A DNA stretch of 64,000 nt from NCBI GenBank assembly GCA_004431415.1, contig QPMI01000398.1:1-64000 (forward strand). The letters are read 5' to 3'. This stretch comes from Cyanophora paradoxa CCMP329. Taxonomy: Eukaryota; Plantae; Glaucophyta. Below, in pieces: positions 10,601-19,800 of this stretch; position 1 is the stretch's first letter, and each line of letters starts with the position of its first letter. Position numbers and translations under genes: made by a program. The notes under the pieces were generated by a model, which saw only the letters and a program-made list of their open reading frames with translations, did no database searches and was not told the DNA's origin.

Positions 10601-12959
10601 TCCCATCATTCATAACATTTCCTGCTGATGCAAAAGTAGGCTGTTGATCTATTTCGTCCCAATCGTGCCTGTGTGTCGATGGTGTAAACGTCAGAGGGAC
10701 GTTATCAATTTCTCCCCAATCGTGCCTATGGGCGCTGGGTGGAAACGTTAAAGGCACATTATCGAGATCGCCCCAATCGTGACGATGTAAAGCTGGTGGA
10801 AACGTTAAAGGCACATTATCGAGATCTCCCCAATCGTGCCTGTGTAAATCTGGTGGAAATGTTAAAGGTACGTTATCGAGATCTCCCCAATCGTGCCTGT
10901 GTAAATCTGGTGGAAATGATAAAGGTACGTTATCAAGATCTCCCCAATCGTGCCTGTGTAAATCTGGTATAAATGTTAAAGGTACGTTATCAAGATCTCC
11001 CCAATCGTGCCTATGGTCTTCTGGTGGGAATGTTTCGGGTTGATCTGGGATATTCTCCCATCTAAAATAATCTTCTGTTACCACTCTTGAAATATTTTCG
11101 TTGTGAATGTTTTTCGCTGCTGCTCTTTGATTGATTTCTAAAAGACCCTCAGGAACCCCACCATTATAATTTGTTTTTATCCATGCTACCTCACACTGTT
11201 TATAATCGTCACGATTTCCTAAAAGGGTTTCTGCTGCGAGTTGTTCACGACTGAATATAAGTTTTGGTCTTGATCCGTCCAAATCGCTAACATTTGTTAC
11301 ATTAATTTGTATAGTGGCGTTATGGTTTGCATAATTGACTGGATCAGATGGGAGAGGTGGCAAACCCATAGTCATCGGGATATCATCAGCGTAATAACTG
11401 GTTAGATAGATTCCTGGTTTATTCTCTTTAACTTCTACACCTCCACCTGCTGCGATCAATTCAATTCTTCTGGGAGGTCTAATATATATTTCGCCTTCCA
11501 TTGTGGTGCCTGCATCAATTCCTTTTCGATTCAGGTAATATTCACTTAAAAGTAATCTTTGTTCGATGTTAATATTTTGGTAGAGACTCACACCATTTGT
11601 CCCATCAGTTAAAACATTACCTGTTGATGCAAAGGTAGGCTGTAAATCGATTTCGTCCCAATTATGCCTATGGTCTTCTGGTGGAAACTGCTCTGGTATT
11701 CCATCGATATCGCCCCAATCATGCCTATGGTCTGTGGGTGGAAATCTATCTGGTTTATTATCAATCTCGTCCCAATCATGTCTGTGTTCCTCCGGCGGAA
11801 AAGTCTCAGGTTTGTTCGTAATTGATTCCCAGTCTACGGTGAACTCCAAGGGGAAGCAAATAGGATCAAAGCCGTCTGGAAGCAGCTGCTCATGGGGAAT
11901 CACAGGCTGCTCGTACTCGAGTTCTTGAACATCTAAGCCATCAGGAAGTAACTGCTCTTCAGGCTCTGTGTATATTTCGAGTGGGAAAACTTCAATATCA
12001 GGCGGCAGGTATTCCTCATGTGGATGCTTATAGGGTTCTATCACTGGACGATTCCTGACAGCCTCCCATGATATAATATTTTGACCAAATGGGATTGTCT
12101 CATCGGCAACTCGCTCTCGACCTGGTCCATCCGGCGTTGGCGGCTTTGGTAGCCCTGGAAGAGGTGGTATAGGTGGTATAGGGACAATAGGTCCGAAGTA
12201 GTAGTTGAAAATGTTTATTATCTCCGGTTCAGTGATGACCTTTTTTCCATCTTGGTAAATCGACGTGCCGTGAATATTTCGCCACTGCCTGGTGCGGAGC
12301 CCAAGATCGTAGCTGTCATGCAACGCCGGGAGCAGGTGCCTATCAGCTTCCATCAGGATCGAGCCAAAGGTGCATCCAGGAATATCTAACCTGGTGGCTG
12401 GCTCGGTATCGATTTGATTTACATCAAAACCGTATAAAATATTTGCTTCTCGTGCAGCTGTAAAACGTAAATCCCAGGGAAACGGCTGGATTTGTGATGC
12501 TAGCACTGATATTCCTGCATCTTTGCCAAGGAGAATTCGCCCTGTAATGTGAGCCGCAGTCTTGTTTGTGACAGCATTGGATTCATCAATTAGGCGTAGA
12601 GCTGATGTGTGGACCCCTCTATCATTTTGGAGCCTAAAGATTAATCTACCAGAATCATACTTGGAAACAGTGCCTGAGGAGGCAATTCGCAGGTGCCGCG
12701 GCAACGCCCTGGATCCAATTATTTCAGCAACATAGTTCTCAGCTGGACCCAGACAAAATCTCTGTGCGATATTTGGGGCACCGACGTGTGAATTGCGCAG
12801 AATTAACGCAGCTGGACGATTAAAAGCGGTCTGGTGTATATCCTTGTCAGAATTGTAGTCAGCCAAAATGCTCCCGAATACACGGATATTTATAAGCCGA
12901 TCATCCACGGTATCTGGAGCTTTACGAAGTGGCACTGGCTTCTTCAAGATGTAGGACAT
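7641..12959 (-). CDS. Phage tail-fibre-like protein with HxH repeats and a C-terminal peptidase S74 intramolecular chaperone (1772 aa)
   Basis: C-terminal SDIRYK...GLIAQDVQKVIPEVV...Y.GLIPVLIEAVKEL plus coiled coil; ten HRH(D/N)W repeats; YLPLTGGTVTG fibre motif; one duplicated and one triplicated internal domain. Confidence 0.88.
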   Translation of the reverse strand: MSYILKKPVPLRKAPDTVDDRLINIRVFGSILADYNSDKDIHQTAFNRPAALILRNSHVGAPNIAQRFCLGPAENYVAEIIGSRALPRHLRIASSGTVSKYDSGRLIFRLQNDRGVHTSALRLIDESNAVTNKTAAHITGRILLGKDAGISVLASQIQPFPWDLRFTAAREANILYGFDVNQIDTEPATRLDIPGCTFGSILMEADRHLLPALHDSYDLGLRTRQWRNIHGTSIYQDGKKVITEPEIINIFNYYFGPIVPIPPIPPLPGLPKPPTPDGPGRERVADETIPFGQNIISWEAVRNRPVIEPYKHPHEEYLPPDIEVFPLEIYTEPEEQLLPDGLDVQELEYEQPVIPHEQLLPDGFDPICFPLEFTVDWESITNKPETFPPEEHRHDWDEIDNKPDRFPPTDHRHDWGDIDGIPEQFPPEDHRHNWDEIDLQPTFASTGNVLTDGTNGVSLYQNINIEQRLLLSEYYLNRKGIDAGTTMEGEIYIRPPRRIELIAAGGGVEVKENKPGIYLTSYYADDIPMTMGLPPLPSDPVNYANHNATIQINVTNVSDLDGSRPKLIFSREQLAAETLLGNRDDYKQCEVAWIKTNYNGGVPEGLLEINQRAAAKNIHNENISRVVTEDYFRWENIPDQPETFPPEDHRHDWGDLDNVPLTFIPDLHRHDWGDLDNVPLSFPPDLHRHDWGDLDNVPLTFPPDLHRHDWGDLDNVPLTFPPALHRHDWGDLDNVPLTFPPSAHRHDWGEIDNVPLTFTPSTHRHDWDEIDQQPTFASAGNVMNDGTNGVSLYQNINIAERLLLSAYYVNRKGIDAGTTMEGELYIRPPTRTQVVAAGGNFGLMDTQPGIYLTSYYDNEITLTSTLPALPSDPAAYDDKDAAIQINVTDVSATDASRPKLIFTRSKFNYVPLAGRPTDDHGRCEMAWIKTLSGGALEVNQRMAAKNLHNTTLSGVVTDDYLTNKGYLTTADLSSYTTDAELTTALANYLPLTGGTVTGTVNATTLQIGGTTIPKGYEFDQLDTVSTDRSANNWNLNWSPRTGQTGCYTTPQNDEDCSGCFMRWTVPTGMKSFYIQHMPWYNGRYFDIYGQTLNNNQHFLKRVNDYQGIQSVNHDGTNNTILFVSINCEFYKYIYVQGRIGRIHLTGVFGWSRQRATDNDVGLVHYDNIAFKPDVGKYTEFDVVSGWNSTGVAFPAGAWTTGWKPTTDNPVEGFYCNQTDDESGSGYMQCQVPAGMKTCHIQYLCWTNGRYFDTYGYRNGRWNYIMRVNTYQNVQNTADTAWHSSLLWTSVFCGNFTHIGIFAKKGRIHIGMLGWTKEVGRTAPANGLISWDNIFSKPSFYSAADLPATAKWTTNTWLKSTDAVERIWFGSGDCTYIRGRPNGDGVSIEFRNSADGAILKSYNNGNFWVNNTITAPTINATTNLQIHGYSIPKFYEEDGAVAGNDPYNYSGSWTFGTGTSWDPYYSYGGYAHNNETDDQTSTAWIEYNIPSGMHSGTAYLTHLPWSNTRLFEIWGINRQGNAIFITTVNNYHPYAGSADNNHSGLNNVPIFLGNRFLRIRIYPKIGRIHIMGISFVKIWVGHSYGGHTGYIHWNNVYSKPNILTGTVGTWFNSSDGYNRIHFGNNTSTYLKGRGDIPLVFRNEQDTDICYMYHGGWMWIGGYLTQGSDIRYKTDIKKITGALSAIERLEGVSFKRIGSEKDGTKLGLIAQDVQKVIPEVVNVKKDDGYLSLEYTGLIPVLIEAVKELSKKCKDLTQTCENLQSQIDQIKNVTV
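10650..11030 (-). repeat. 57-bp coding tandem repeat (7 x HRHDWGDLDNVPLTFPPxx)
   Basis: Directly visible; three more related units lie at ~11650-11800. Confidence 0.95.
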
Positions 12960-12983
12960 TTTTATATAGGCCTCCTTTTAAAA

Positions 12984-14467
12984 ATGAAGGTGATTCTCTC
13001 GTTATCAGGTGGAGGTGCTCGTGGCATAATTATAACCAGAATTCTGCAACGGATTGAGGCAATCACTGGCAAAGCGATTCCACAACTGTTTGACTTCGTT
13101 GCAGGAACGAGTACAGGGGCAATAATAGCGGCCGGTTTGGCTATCCCATCAACTCCAGGCTCTGTTCTCGCTTACCGATATTCTGCAGGCGATATCTTGA
13201 GTCTCTACCAGACAAACCTGCCAGTAATATTTGCGAATCCTAGATCGCTAACGAGCCTGCTTGCAGGAAGCCGTTATGATGCAAACCCTCTGGAGTCAGT
13301 GCTACTAGACGTTGCCCAGGACTACACAATTGCAGAATCAACAAAAGACATATTAATCACAGCATTTGATACAGTTCGGATGCAGCCCGTAGTTTTCACT
13401 AAGGATGGGCCATACTCAAGCACCCTGATTCGTGATGCAGTTAGAGCATCTTCTGCAGCACCTACATTCTTTCCACCGAAGGTGCTAGGAGACAAGAACC
13501 TTGTTGATGGGGCCATCGCCTGTTTAAATAACCCCTCGGTTGCAGCACTCAGCCATGCCAGCAAAATTTACGATGCAGAAGATCCAATTGTTCTTGTGAG
13601 CATCAGCTGCGGAGAGGTTCAAGCTAGCGAGCAATTGACTGCAGGTTTTTCAAATGCGGAGACGTCAGGCTGGGGCGCCCTGGGCTGGATCCTATCCCTC
13701 TCAGGCAGCCCAATTATTTCTATGCTAATGGCTGGGAGCGAGCTGGAATCCCACTTTCAAATGCAGGAGCTGCTTCCAGTTGATGCAGATAGGAATCTAA
13801 CTAGGTACTGGCGCTTAAGTGTTCCGCTGCCAGCTGCAGTCATGAGCAAGCTTGATGATGCATCCCCTCTAATATTTCTTATTTGATTTCCACAACTGAC
13901 TTATGGCTGAAACAAACTGAAATAAATGCTAAAATAAATGCACTCTGCAGCTTTCTATTGGCGAACTACGACCTAGTGAACGATGAGAGACTTATCATAT
14001 CGTCTACCTTAACAGTTGAGCCTCCATTTGATGTCAACTGGTTTATAATTCCAGATGCGAATATCACAAGCAACGACTTCGAGGAATTGCACCCACCTTC
14101 TCACGTGCGACCCAACTCAACAGGGTTTCAGGGTGGCACTTTACCTAATCCCTGGATCAAAGTCGAGTTTCCCAAGCCTTTTGAGCTACATCAAATCATT
14201 ATGTATGGGCCAGCCTTTGCTGCCGGAGTCCTATTTAATTTCAGCATTCTGACCAACTTAGGATATTTACGAGACGGGTCACTATTTGAGAATACGGTCC
14301 TAGCAAATGTGCTTGCTGCAAACCCATCTATGACTGGCTTTGATCTAATGCATAGTGACTCGCATTTGATCACCCCACAGGTTTATAACTATGTGCAAAT
14401 TATAACAAACGAATTTATAAATGTGAATGCGTTCCGGCTTGATTTCCGGGGACGTTACCTAAACTAA
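12984..14467 (+). CDS. Patatin-like phospholipase with a C-terminal extension (1-bp frameshift near 13865)
   Basis: SLSGGGARG oxyanion loop, GTSTG nucleophile, ASSAAPTFFPP, LVDGA. Adding one C to the C4 run gives LDDASPSNISYLISTT and joins ORF 13883..14467. Confidence 0.9.
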
Positions 14468-15349
14468 AAATTGCAGTTCACCAGACCATGGCAGGCCATT
14501 CAGAGAGACGTCATCACCATCTCTGTCGACAATGCGCAGTCGCAAAGAGGTCAGCACTAGGCGCTCTTCGATGGGGATCCACTCGCCGTCATTTTCCTGA
14601 TTTATATAAACGAACTTGCCAACGTCCTGGCTCATTTGAATTCGAGCGAGCCCATAATTGCACATTGTTTTGGCCCCGCGGCGAAGCTTTGAAGCAAATG
14701 GCCGTAGCTCTTCGCAGACAAGAAAGAGGTACTGGTCGCTGTTCATGTCGATTATCTTTGGAAATTCGACAGCATAACCAAGTGGCTCACTCCGCATTCT
14801 TCCGGTGAAATCAATGCCGTACTCAGGGTGAGCAGGTGTAACTGGAATGCCAGCAACCTCGAGATACCGCTCAGCTGCAGTTGCTGGTCTTTGCCCCCCT
14901 TCAAGCACGATAGGAGACAGCTGGAGAGACTCATTTCGGTTCAGCCCAAGCAGATTCGATAGAGCTTTGAACTGGCAGGTCAGTGTGCAGGAACGGCTGC
15001 AATAGGCAGACATTTTCAACGTCTCTGGGTCTCGAAACAATTTGAAATATGCGATTGAGATCCCTTCTAGCCTAATATTAAACGATAGGCCAAAGTTATA
15101 AATATCTGTTTCGCCCAGATTTGCAGTAGTAATTATGCCAGGCTCAAAAACCGCCAGATTTTCTGTCCCAATGTAGGGAAAGGTGATCGAAAGATACTCA
15201 TCTTTAATGCTGGTGTAAAGGCTGTTTGCGAACTCACACTGGGTAAGTCGAACAGCAACTGGATTGATTATAGGTTCATTGATTTCGAGCACAAAGTTTG
15301 CCTCGGAATCGATTGGCCTTCTGTCTCTGCTGTCAAAGGTAAGCCGCAT
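14459..15349 (-). CDS. Minor capsid protein (penton, single jelly roll)-like 1
   Basis: FDSRDR...F...EPI..V.L; YLFL; LARI; LTSLRLRIVD.DG..V.LNG..WS.ELQF pattern typical of PLV/NCLDV pentons. Confidence 0.78.
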   Translation of the reverse strand: MRLTFDSRDRRPIDSEANFVLEINEPIINPVAVRLTQCEFANSLYTSIKDEYLSITFPYIGTENLAVFEPGIITTANLGETDIYNFGLSFNIRLEGISIAYFKLFRDPETLKMSAYCSRSCTLTCQFKALSNLLGLNRNESLQLSPIVLEGGQRPATAAERYLEVAGIPVTPAHPEYGIDFTGRMRSEPLGYAVEFPKIIDMNSDQYLFLVCEELRPFASKLRRGAKTMCNYGLARIQMSQDVGKFVYINQENDGEWIPIEERLVLTSLRLRIVDRDGDDVSLNGLPWSGELQFLV

Positions 15350-15376
15350 TTTTATTCTCTAACTGATATAAAAAAG

Positions 15377-16332
15377 ATGCCTACGGACTACGTCTGCATT
15401 GCAAGTCACCAAGCGGAGGAGCTGACATCCACCTCGAAATTTAAAGTAAGACTGCCTAAAGTTTATCAGGATGTGAAAGCCGTGCGCTTGGTATCAGCTG
15501 AGATCCCCAACACAATGAGCACAATTGATGTACTCGATCCAGCAGAGGATTTGGTCTTTGACACCTACATATATTGGTGCAAATATGATCCTACTAATGA
15601 AGGACCCGACCCACCTCAGGCCGGCTTTGGAGCGTGGAATAACATTGCAATTCCACCTGGAAATTACGACGTCACCTCGCTTGTGACAGAGATAAACGAA
15701 AGGTTGACGGGAACAGGTATCACGTGCACGTATAATTCAGCGATCAAATTAATAGGGTTCACAGCTAACTTCGAGTTCTTTATTGCTCTGATGTTGCCAA
15801 CGAACCAGGGTGGGCGGGAAGTCAGAAACTACCAGGCCGTTGCAAGGGCTCAGCGAACTGCAAAGCTTCTAGGGCTGCGATCAATTCTACCGATTCGGTC
15901 AAAGACATTATCTATAAATACTGAATATATAGCAGGCGCTTATGAGCCTGATGTCACTCCCGATGATCATGTGCTCCTACGCATTCCTGAAATTGGTGAC
16001 CTTGTCAGTATGCCAATACTTCAATACCTGGCTTCTTTGCCAAAATTAGCATTCCAAACAGCCTTCGTCCAGGCGAGATAGCATACTTTGATTCAACTGA
16101 AGCAACTCCTTTGTACAAGTATGTTTATTCAAAGCTGGACCTCTACTCTGTGACTATTGAGATTTACGATTTTATGCAGCGAATCGCTGATTTAAATGGA
16201 GCTCCTGTGTCATTTATTCTCGAAATTCGTTATGGTCCAGACGAACCCAATGGTGATGTTGTCTACGAGCTCGCAAAGCTTCAGCTCCAGAAAAGATCGA
16301 AGACATATCCTTGGATCAATTCGTCAAACTGA
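15377..16332 (+). CDS. Minor capsid protein (penton)-like 2 (1-bp frameshift near 16013)
   Basis: FKVRLPKVYQDVKAVRLVSAEIPNT, IPPGNYDVTSL, HVLLRI. The alternative frame continues FFAKISIP...VTIEIYD...DLNGAPVSFILEI. Confidence 0.78.
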
Positions 16333-16407
16333 GCTAAGCTCGCGGCACGCAAGCGAGCCTTGGCGAAGCGCCCAAATTATTTTCTTTCACTGCAATTATA
16401 TAAATCG

Positions 16408-17795
16408 ATGGATGTTACTCAAAATTTGCAGCGGCTCGGCCTCAAGGAGCTCCTGACAACTCCGCAGGAAGCTAAGGACTTTTTCATGAACAATGAGCTT
16501 ATGTTAGGTCTAACCAGCCAAACAAAGCCTGTGCGTGTTGTTGTCAACCCAAGCAATGACTATGGAGACTGCTTCGGAAAGAGGGTTACTTATTTCCTGC
16601 CCCGGTACAATTTCCTTCAGGGGCTCGAACTGCAGTTCACCCTTCCAGAGTTGACTGCATTTACTGGTGACACTGACCTGGTTCGCACTGGTTATTTGCG
16701 ATCGGTTGGTGCTCTTGTAAAGCGAATCGAAATCAAATATGCTTCCTACAGCTACATTGTCCCGAGGACTGGCTTGTTCACAGCGCTCTGATTTTCAATG
16801 ATGATGCTCAGCTCAAAAAGAAGTACCGATCCGGTGGCTGGCTCCATGGAACACCACCTCAGGGGAGCAATCGCGCTGGAGGTATTTTCAGTGTAAAGAT
16901 CCCCTGCCCCTGGGAGGGCTCAGTGCTTCCAATTGGTGCGCTATCGGGCGAGGTGTCTGTGGAGGTTTGGTTCCGTGACCGTGCCCAGGGCTTCGTTGAG
17001 ACCAGCTATGGTGGTAGGTTTGTAGCAGAATATGCCGCAAACGGTGATGCCTCTAAAGATGATGGCCTTGGTAGTGTTGGAGCCGCTGCTGCTTCCCCTG
17101 CAAACATCGGCCAGAATATAACTCCCAATGTTCTCAGTGTCACCCCTGCCAATCCGGAGCTTTCGAATCCAAAGATTATTGCTCATTGCATCAACGTTGA
17201 TGAGGCCACTTTTGCCCAGGTGATTGAGAAAGTCAAAACGTCTGGAATCGCAATTCCCGCTACCGATGTCGGCTGGGTTGATGCTGATTCAATTACTTAT
17301 GCTGGTGCGGGAGCGCCCACCCGGATTAATCTGTCTCAAATCAGTGGACTTTGCTACGGCCTGTTCGTTAGCATTCGCAAGCAGCCAAACATGAACCAAA
17401 CTGATGGAAAACACAGTGTCCTCAAAACCGAGGCTAATGCTCGCGATATCACTATTTCCTGCGAATTGAATGGCCAGAGACTTTATTCAAATGAGCCCGT
17501 TCCTCTCCTGCAAGGTGCCGAACTCATCGCTGATGTCTTCAAGTGCTCCAATCTCGATGCTCCTTTGAATCGATATGTTCTCACTGGTTTGCCATTTTGC
17601 ATTAGTGGGGATAAATCGATCCGAAATGCTGCTCAAACTGGTTTCGTAGATCTCACCAACAGCAGCAGCTGCTTCCTGAATATCATGAATCCTGCCGCTT
17701 ACGATGCAAACAACAAGATTTACGTCCAAATTCGCGCTCTCCTGCACACTGTCCTAATTGTTGATGCTGCGGGTCTTCGTAAGGTGAACCTCTAG
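16408..17795 (+). CDS. Putative double-jelly-roll major capsid protein (~460 aa; 1-bp frameshift near 16762)
   Basis: FGKRVTYFLPRYNFLQGLELQFTLPEL, LVKRIEI, then in the alternative frame KIPCPW..SVLPIGAL..EV.VEV.F and GFVDLTN. It lies between the pentons and the ATPase. Confidence 0.75.
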
Positions 17796-17846
17796 TCAAA
17801 GGGTTGCGGTTGTGATCGCCTGCGAATATCAGTACTTAATTTTTTG

Positions 17847-18578
17847 ATGGATGAGCTCGCAAAGTTCCAGCCGGGAGTTATGAGGGTTCCCTTCAAGGCC
17901 CTGTTTATTTCGAAGTCTAATAGCGGCAAGTCTTTCTATTGCACAAAGCATCTGCTTCGACTGCTGTATACAAAGATCAATCGCGTCGTAGTGTTTACCG
18001 CCACCAAATTCAACGGCGAGTATGCTGGAATAACTAATGAGCTTTACGACGATTTTCAGCCATCTATTGTTGCAGAAATCATTGATTCACAGCGAAAGTT
18101 GATCGAAAACAAACAGAAAGCGCCGCAGATATTGCTAGTCTTGGATGATCTTGTTGCTGCCTCTGAAACTGTGGATCTGCGAAACAGCAAGACTGTAAAT
18201 CGACTTTTTACACAAGGTCGTCATTTTAATATCAGTACCATTCTTATGACGCAAAAGCTTACAGCGTTGAGTCAATCTATAAGATCGAACAGCGATTATT
18301 GCTTTTTCTTTAGTTATTCAAATCACACCGAACTTGAGGCAATATATAGAGAGTTTTCTCACCTACCAAAGGATGAGTTTATAGCCATGTTCGAAAAGTG
18401 GGCGCATGATTATCAGTGTCTAGTCCTTGATGGGACCAAGTACGATACGGCCTGGTACGTTGATAAGGCAGTTGAAGATAAGAGTTTTCGTTTTACAAAA
18501 TGGCTAAGACAAGAAGAGTCTAAAAAAGAAGAGTCAACGCCTATTCCCAAAAAGAAGCGTTTTAAATTCTTATCTTAA
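17847..18578 (+). CDS. A32/FtsK-HerA-like genome packaging ATPase
   Basis: Walker A SKSNSGKS (first Gly replaced by Ser), Walker B LLVLDD, GRHFNIS arginine finger, MTQ, IRSNSDY. Confidence 0.93.
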   Translation: MDELAKFQPGVMRVPFKALFISKSNSGKSFYCTKHLLRLLYTKINRVVVFTATKFNGEYAGITNELYDDFQPSIVAEIIDSQRKLIENKQKAPQILLVLDDLVAASETVDLRNSKTVNRLFTQGRHFNISTILMTQKLTALSQSIRSNSDYCFFFSYSNHTELEAIYREFSHLPKDEFIAMFEKWAHDYQCLVLDGTKYDTAWYVDKAVEDKSFRFTKWLRQEESKKEESTPIPKKKRFKFLS

Positions 18579-18587
18579 GAACAGAAG

Positions 18588-19217
18588 ATGGCAAAAGGGA
18601 TTCCTAAGAAGGGATATCGTGAAAGACGCAAGGTTAATGTTGTTGAACCACTCGTTGAAAGTGGGTCGACTGAAGGCGCAGCTGTTGCTAATCCTAGCGG
18701 GGAACTAGCTAGTGACCCCAAACTAAATGCACCCGTAGCGAAAACAATTGCGTCCGCAGCAGCTAACGCAAGTGCGGTTGACGACCGACAAAGCCAGGCT
18801 AAAACTGTAAACGATATGCAGTCTGATATCGATGATGATGCTGCTCGAATTATCCAAGCAATGGCGTCTGAACCACGTTATTCAGGGCCAAAAATCAAGA
18901 CAGCAACAGTATCAAAGAGTCAGATCGAGGAACTAACAGCTAAATTGCGCGACCTGGAGGCTCGATCGGCTAATATCGAGAGCTACGTAAAAGAGAAAAA
19001 AGAACGCGCAAAAATTCGGGAGATGCTTCGTAGCGAGATGTTTAAACATCGACCTATGGATGTACCAGATTTGCGCTATTTGAAAAACGAAAAAGAGAAG
19101 GCTTCACAAGCTCTTGATGATGCAGCTGTAAAACCAGCAACTCCAAATGTTTTCGAACCAAATGCTACTGGGTCGCAACTGAAGAATGCGATGGGAGGGA
19201 GAAGGATTAGGTTTTGA
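18588..19217 (+). CDS. Viral hypothetical coiled-coil protein, 209 aa
   Basis: ATG 9 bp after the ATPase stop; basic termini. Confidence 0.75.
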   Translation: MAKGIPKKGYRERRKVNVVEPLVESGSTEGAAVANPSGELASDPKLNAPVAKTIASAAANASAVDDRQSQAKTVNDMQSDIDDDAARIIQAMASEPRYSGPKIKTATVSKSQIEELTAKLRDLEARSANIESYVKEKKERAKIREMLRSEMFKHRPMDVPDLRYLKNEKEKASQALDDAAVKPATPNVFEPNATGSQLKNAMGGRRIRF

Positions 19218-19482
19218 AATCTTCTAATTGCGAAATCTCAAAGGCCCGCTGCAATTCCCTTTTATCGTACTCACGGAGATGTTCCCAAGATAATAACCAT
19301 TCGGCATATTTTGGATCGGTTAAAACAACCTTCAAATGAGTTTCACCGCGGTATTTTCCAAATCGAATTGTTCCTGGCATTTGTTTTATATAAACCGCTG
19401 CGATTTAATTTTTCGATTTGAACGCGCCATAAACGTTTCTCGAATTTCTTTCCTATATAACATTCACAGCACCACTCATCAA

Positions 19483-19800
19483 ATGGACAGTGCTGAACTA
19501 ACGACTGCTTCCCGTCCACGAGGCAGGCCTCGCAAGAATTTTGAGAAGCCTGTGCACATACGTAGTGAGGTTACGCCAGAGATACTTGCAGAGAGACGCA
19601 AAAGACGTGCAGATCTGCAGCGAAAGCGATACCATGAAAATCCTGATTACCGGCAGCGGCAGATTGCTGTCTCCCGTCAATATAACCTTGCACACCCTGA
19701 ACGAAAACTTGACAACGACCGAAAATACCGAGAGCGAAGGCGCACTGAAATTAGGTCGCTAATTGCGGCGGGCATAGTTTCCAGCGACCTTACTTCCTAA
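19483..19800 (+). CDS. Small basic AT-hook DNA-binding protein (105 aa)
   Basis: RPRGRPRK AT-hook followed by an Arg-rich helix; TATATAA ~25 bp upstream of the ATG at 19483. Confidence 0.65.
   Translation: MDSAELTTASRPRGRPRKNFEKPVHIRSEVTPEILAERRKRRADLQRKRYHENPDYRQRQIAVSRQYNLAHPERKLDNDRKYRERRRTEIRSLIAAGIVSSDLTS

Noticed and set aside
16330-16376. Short hairpins after viral stop codons as Mimivirus-type polyadenylation signals
   Set aside because: The stems are only ~6 bp and are not consistently present after other genes.
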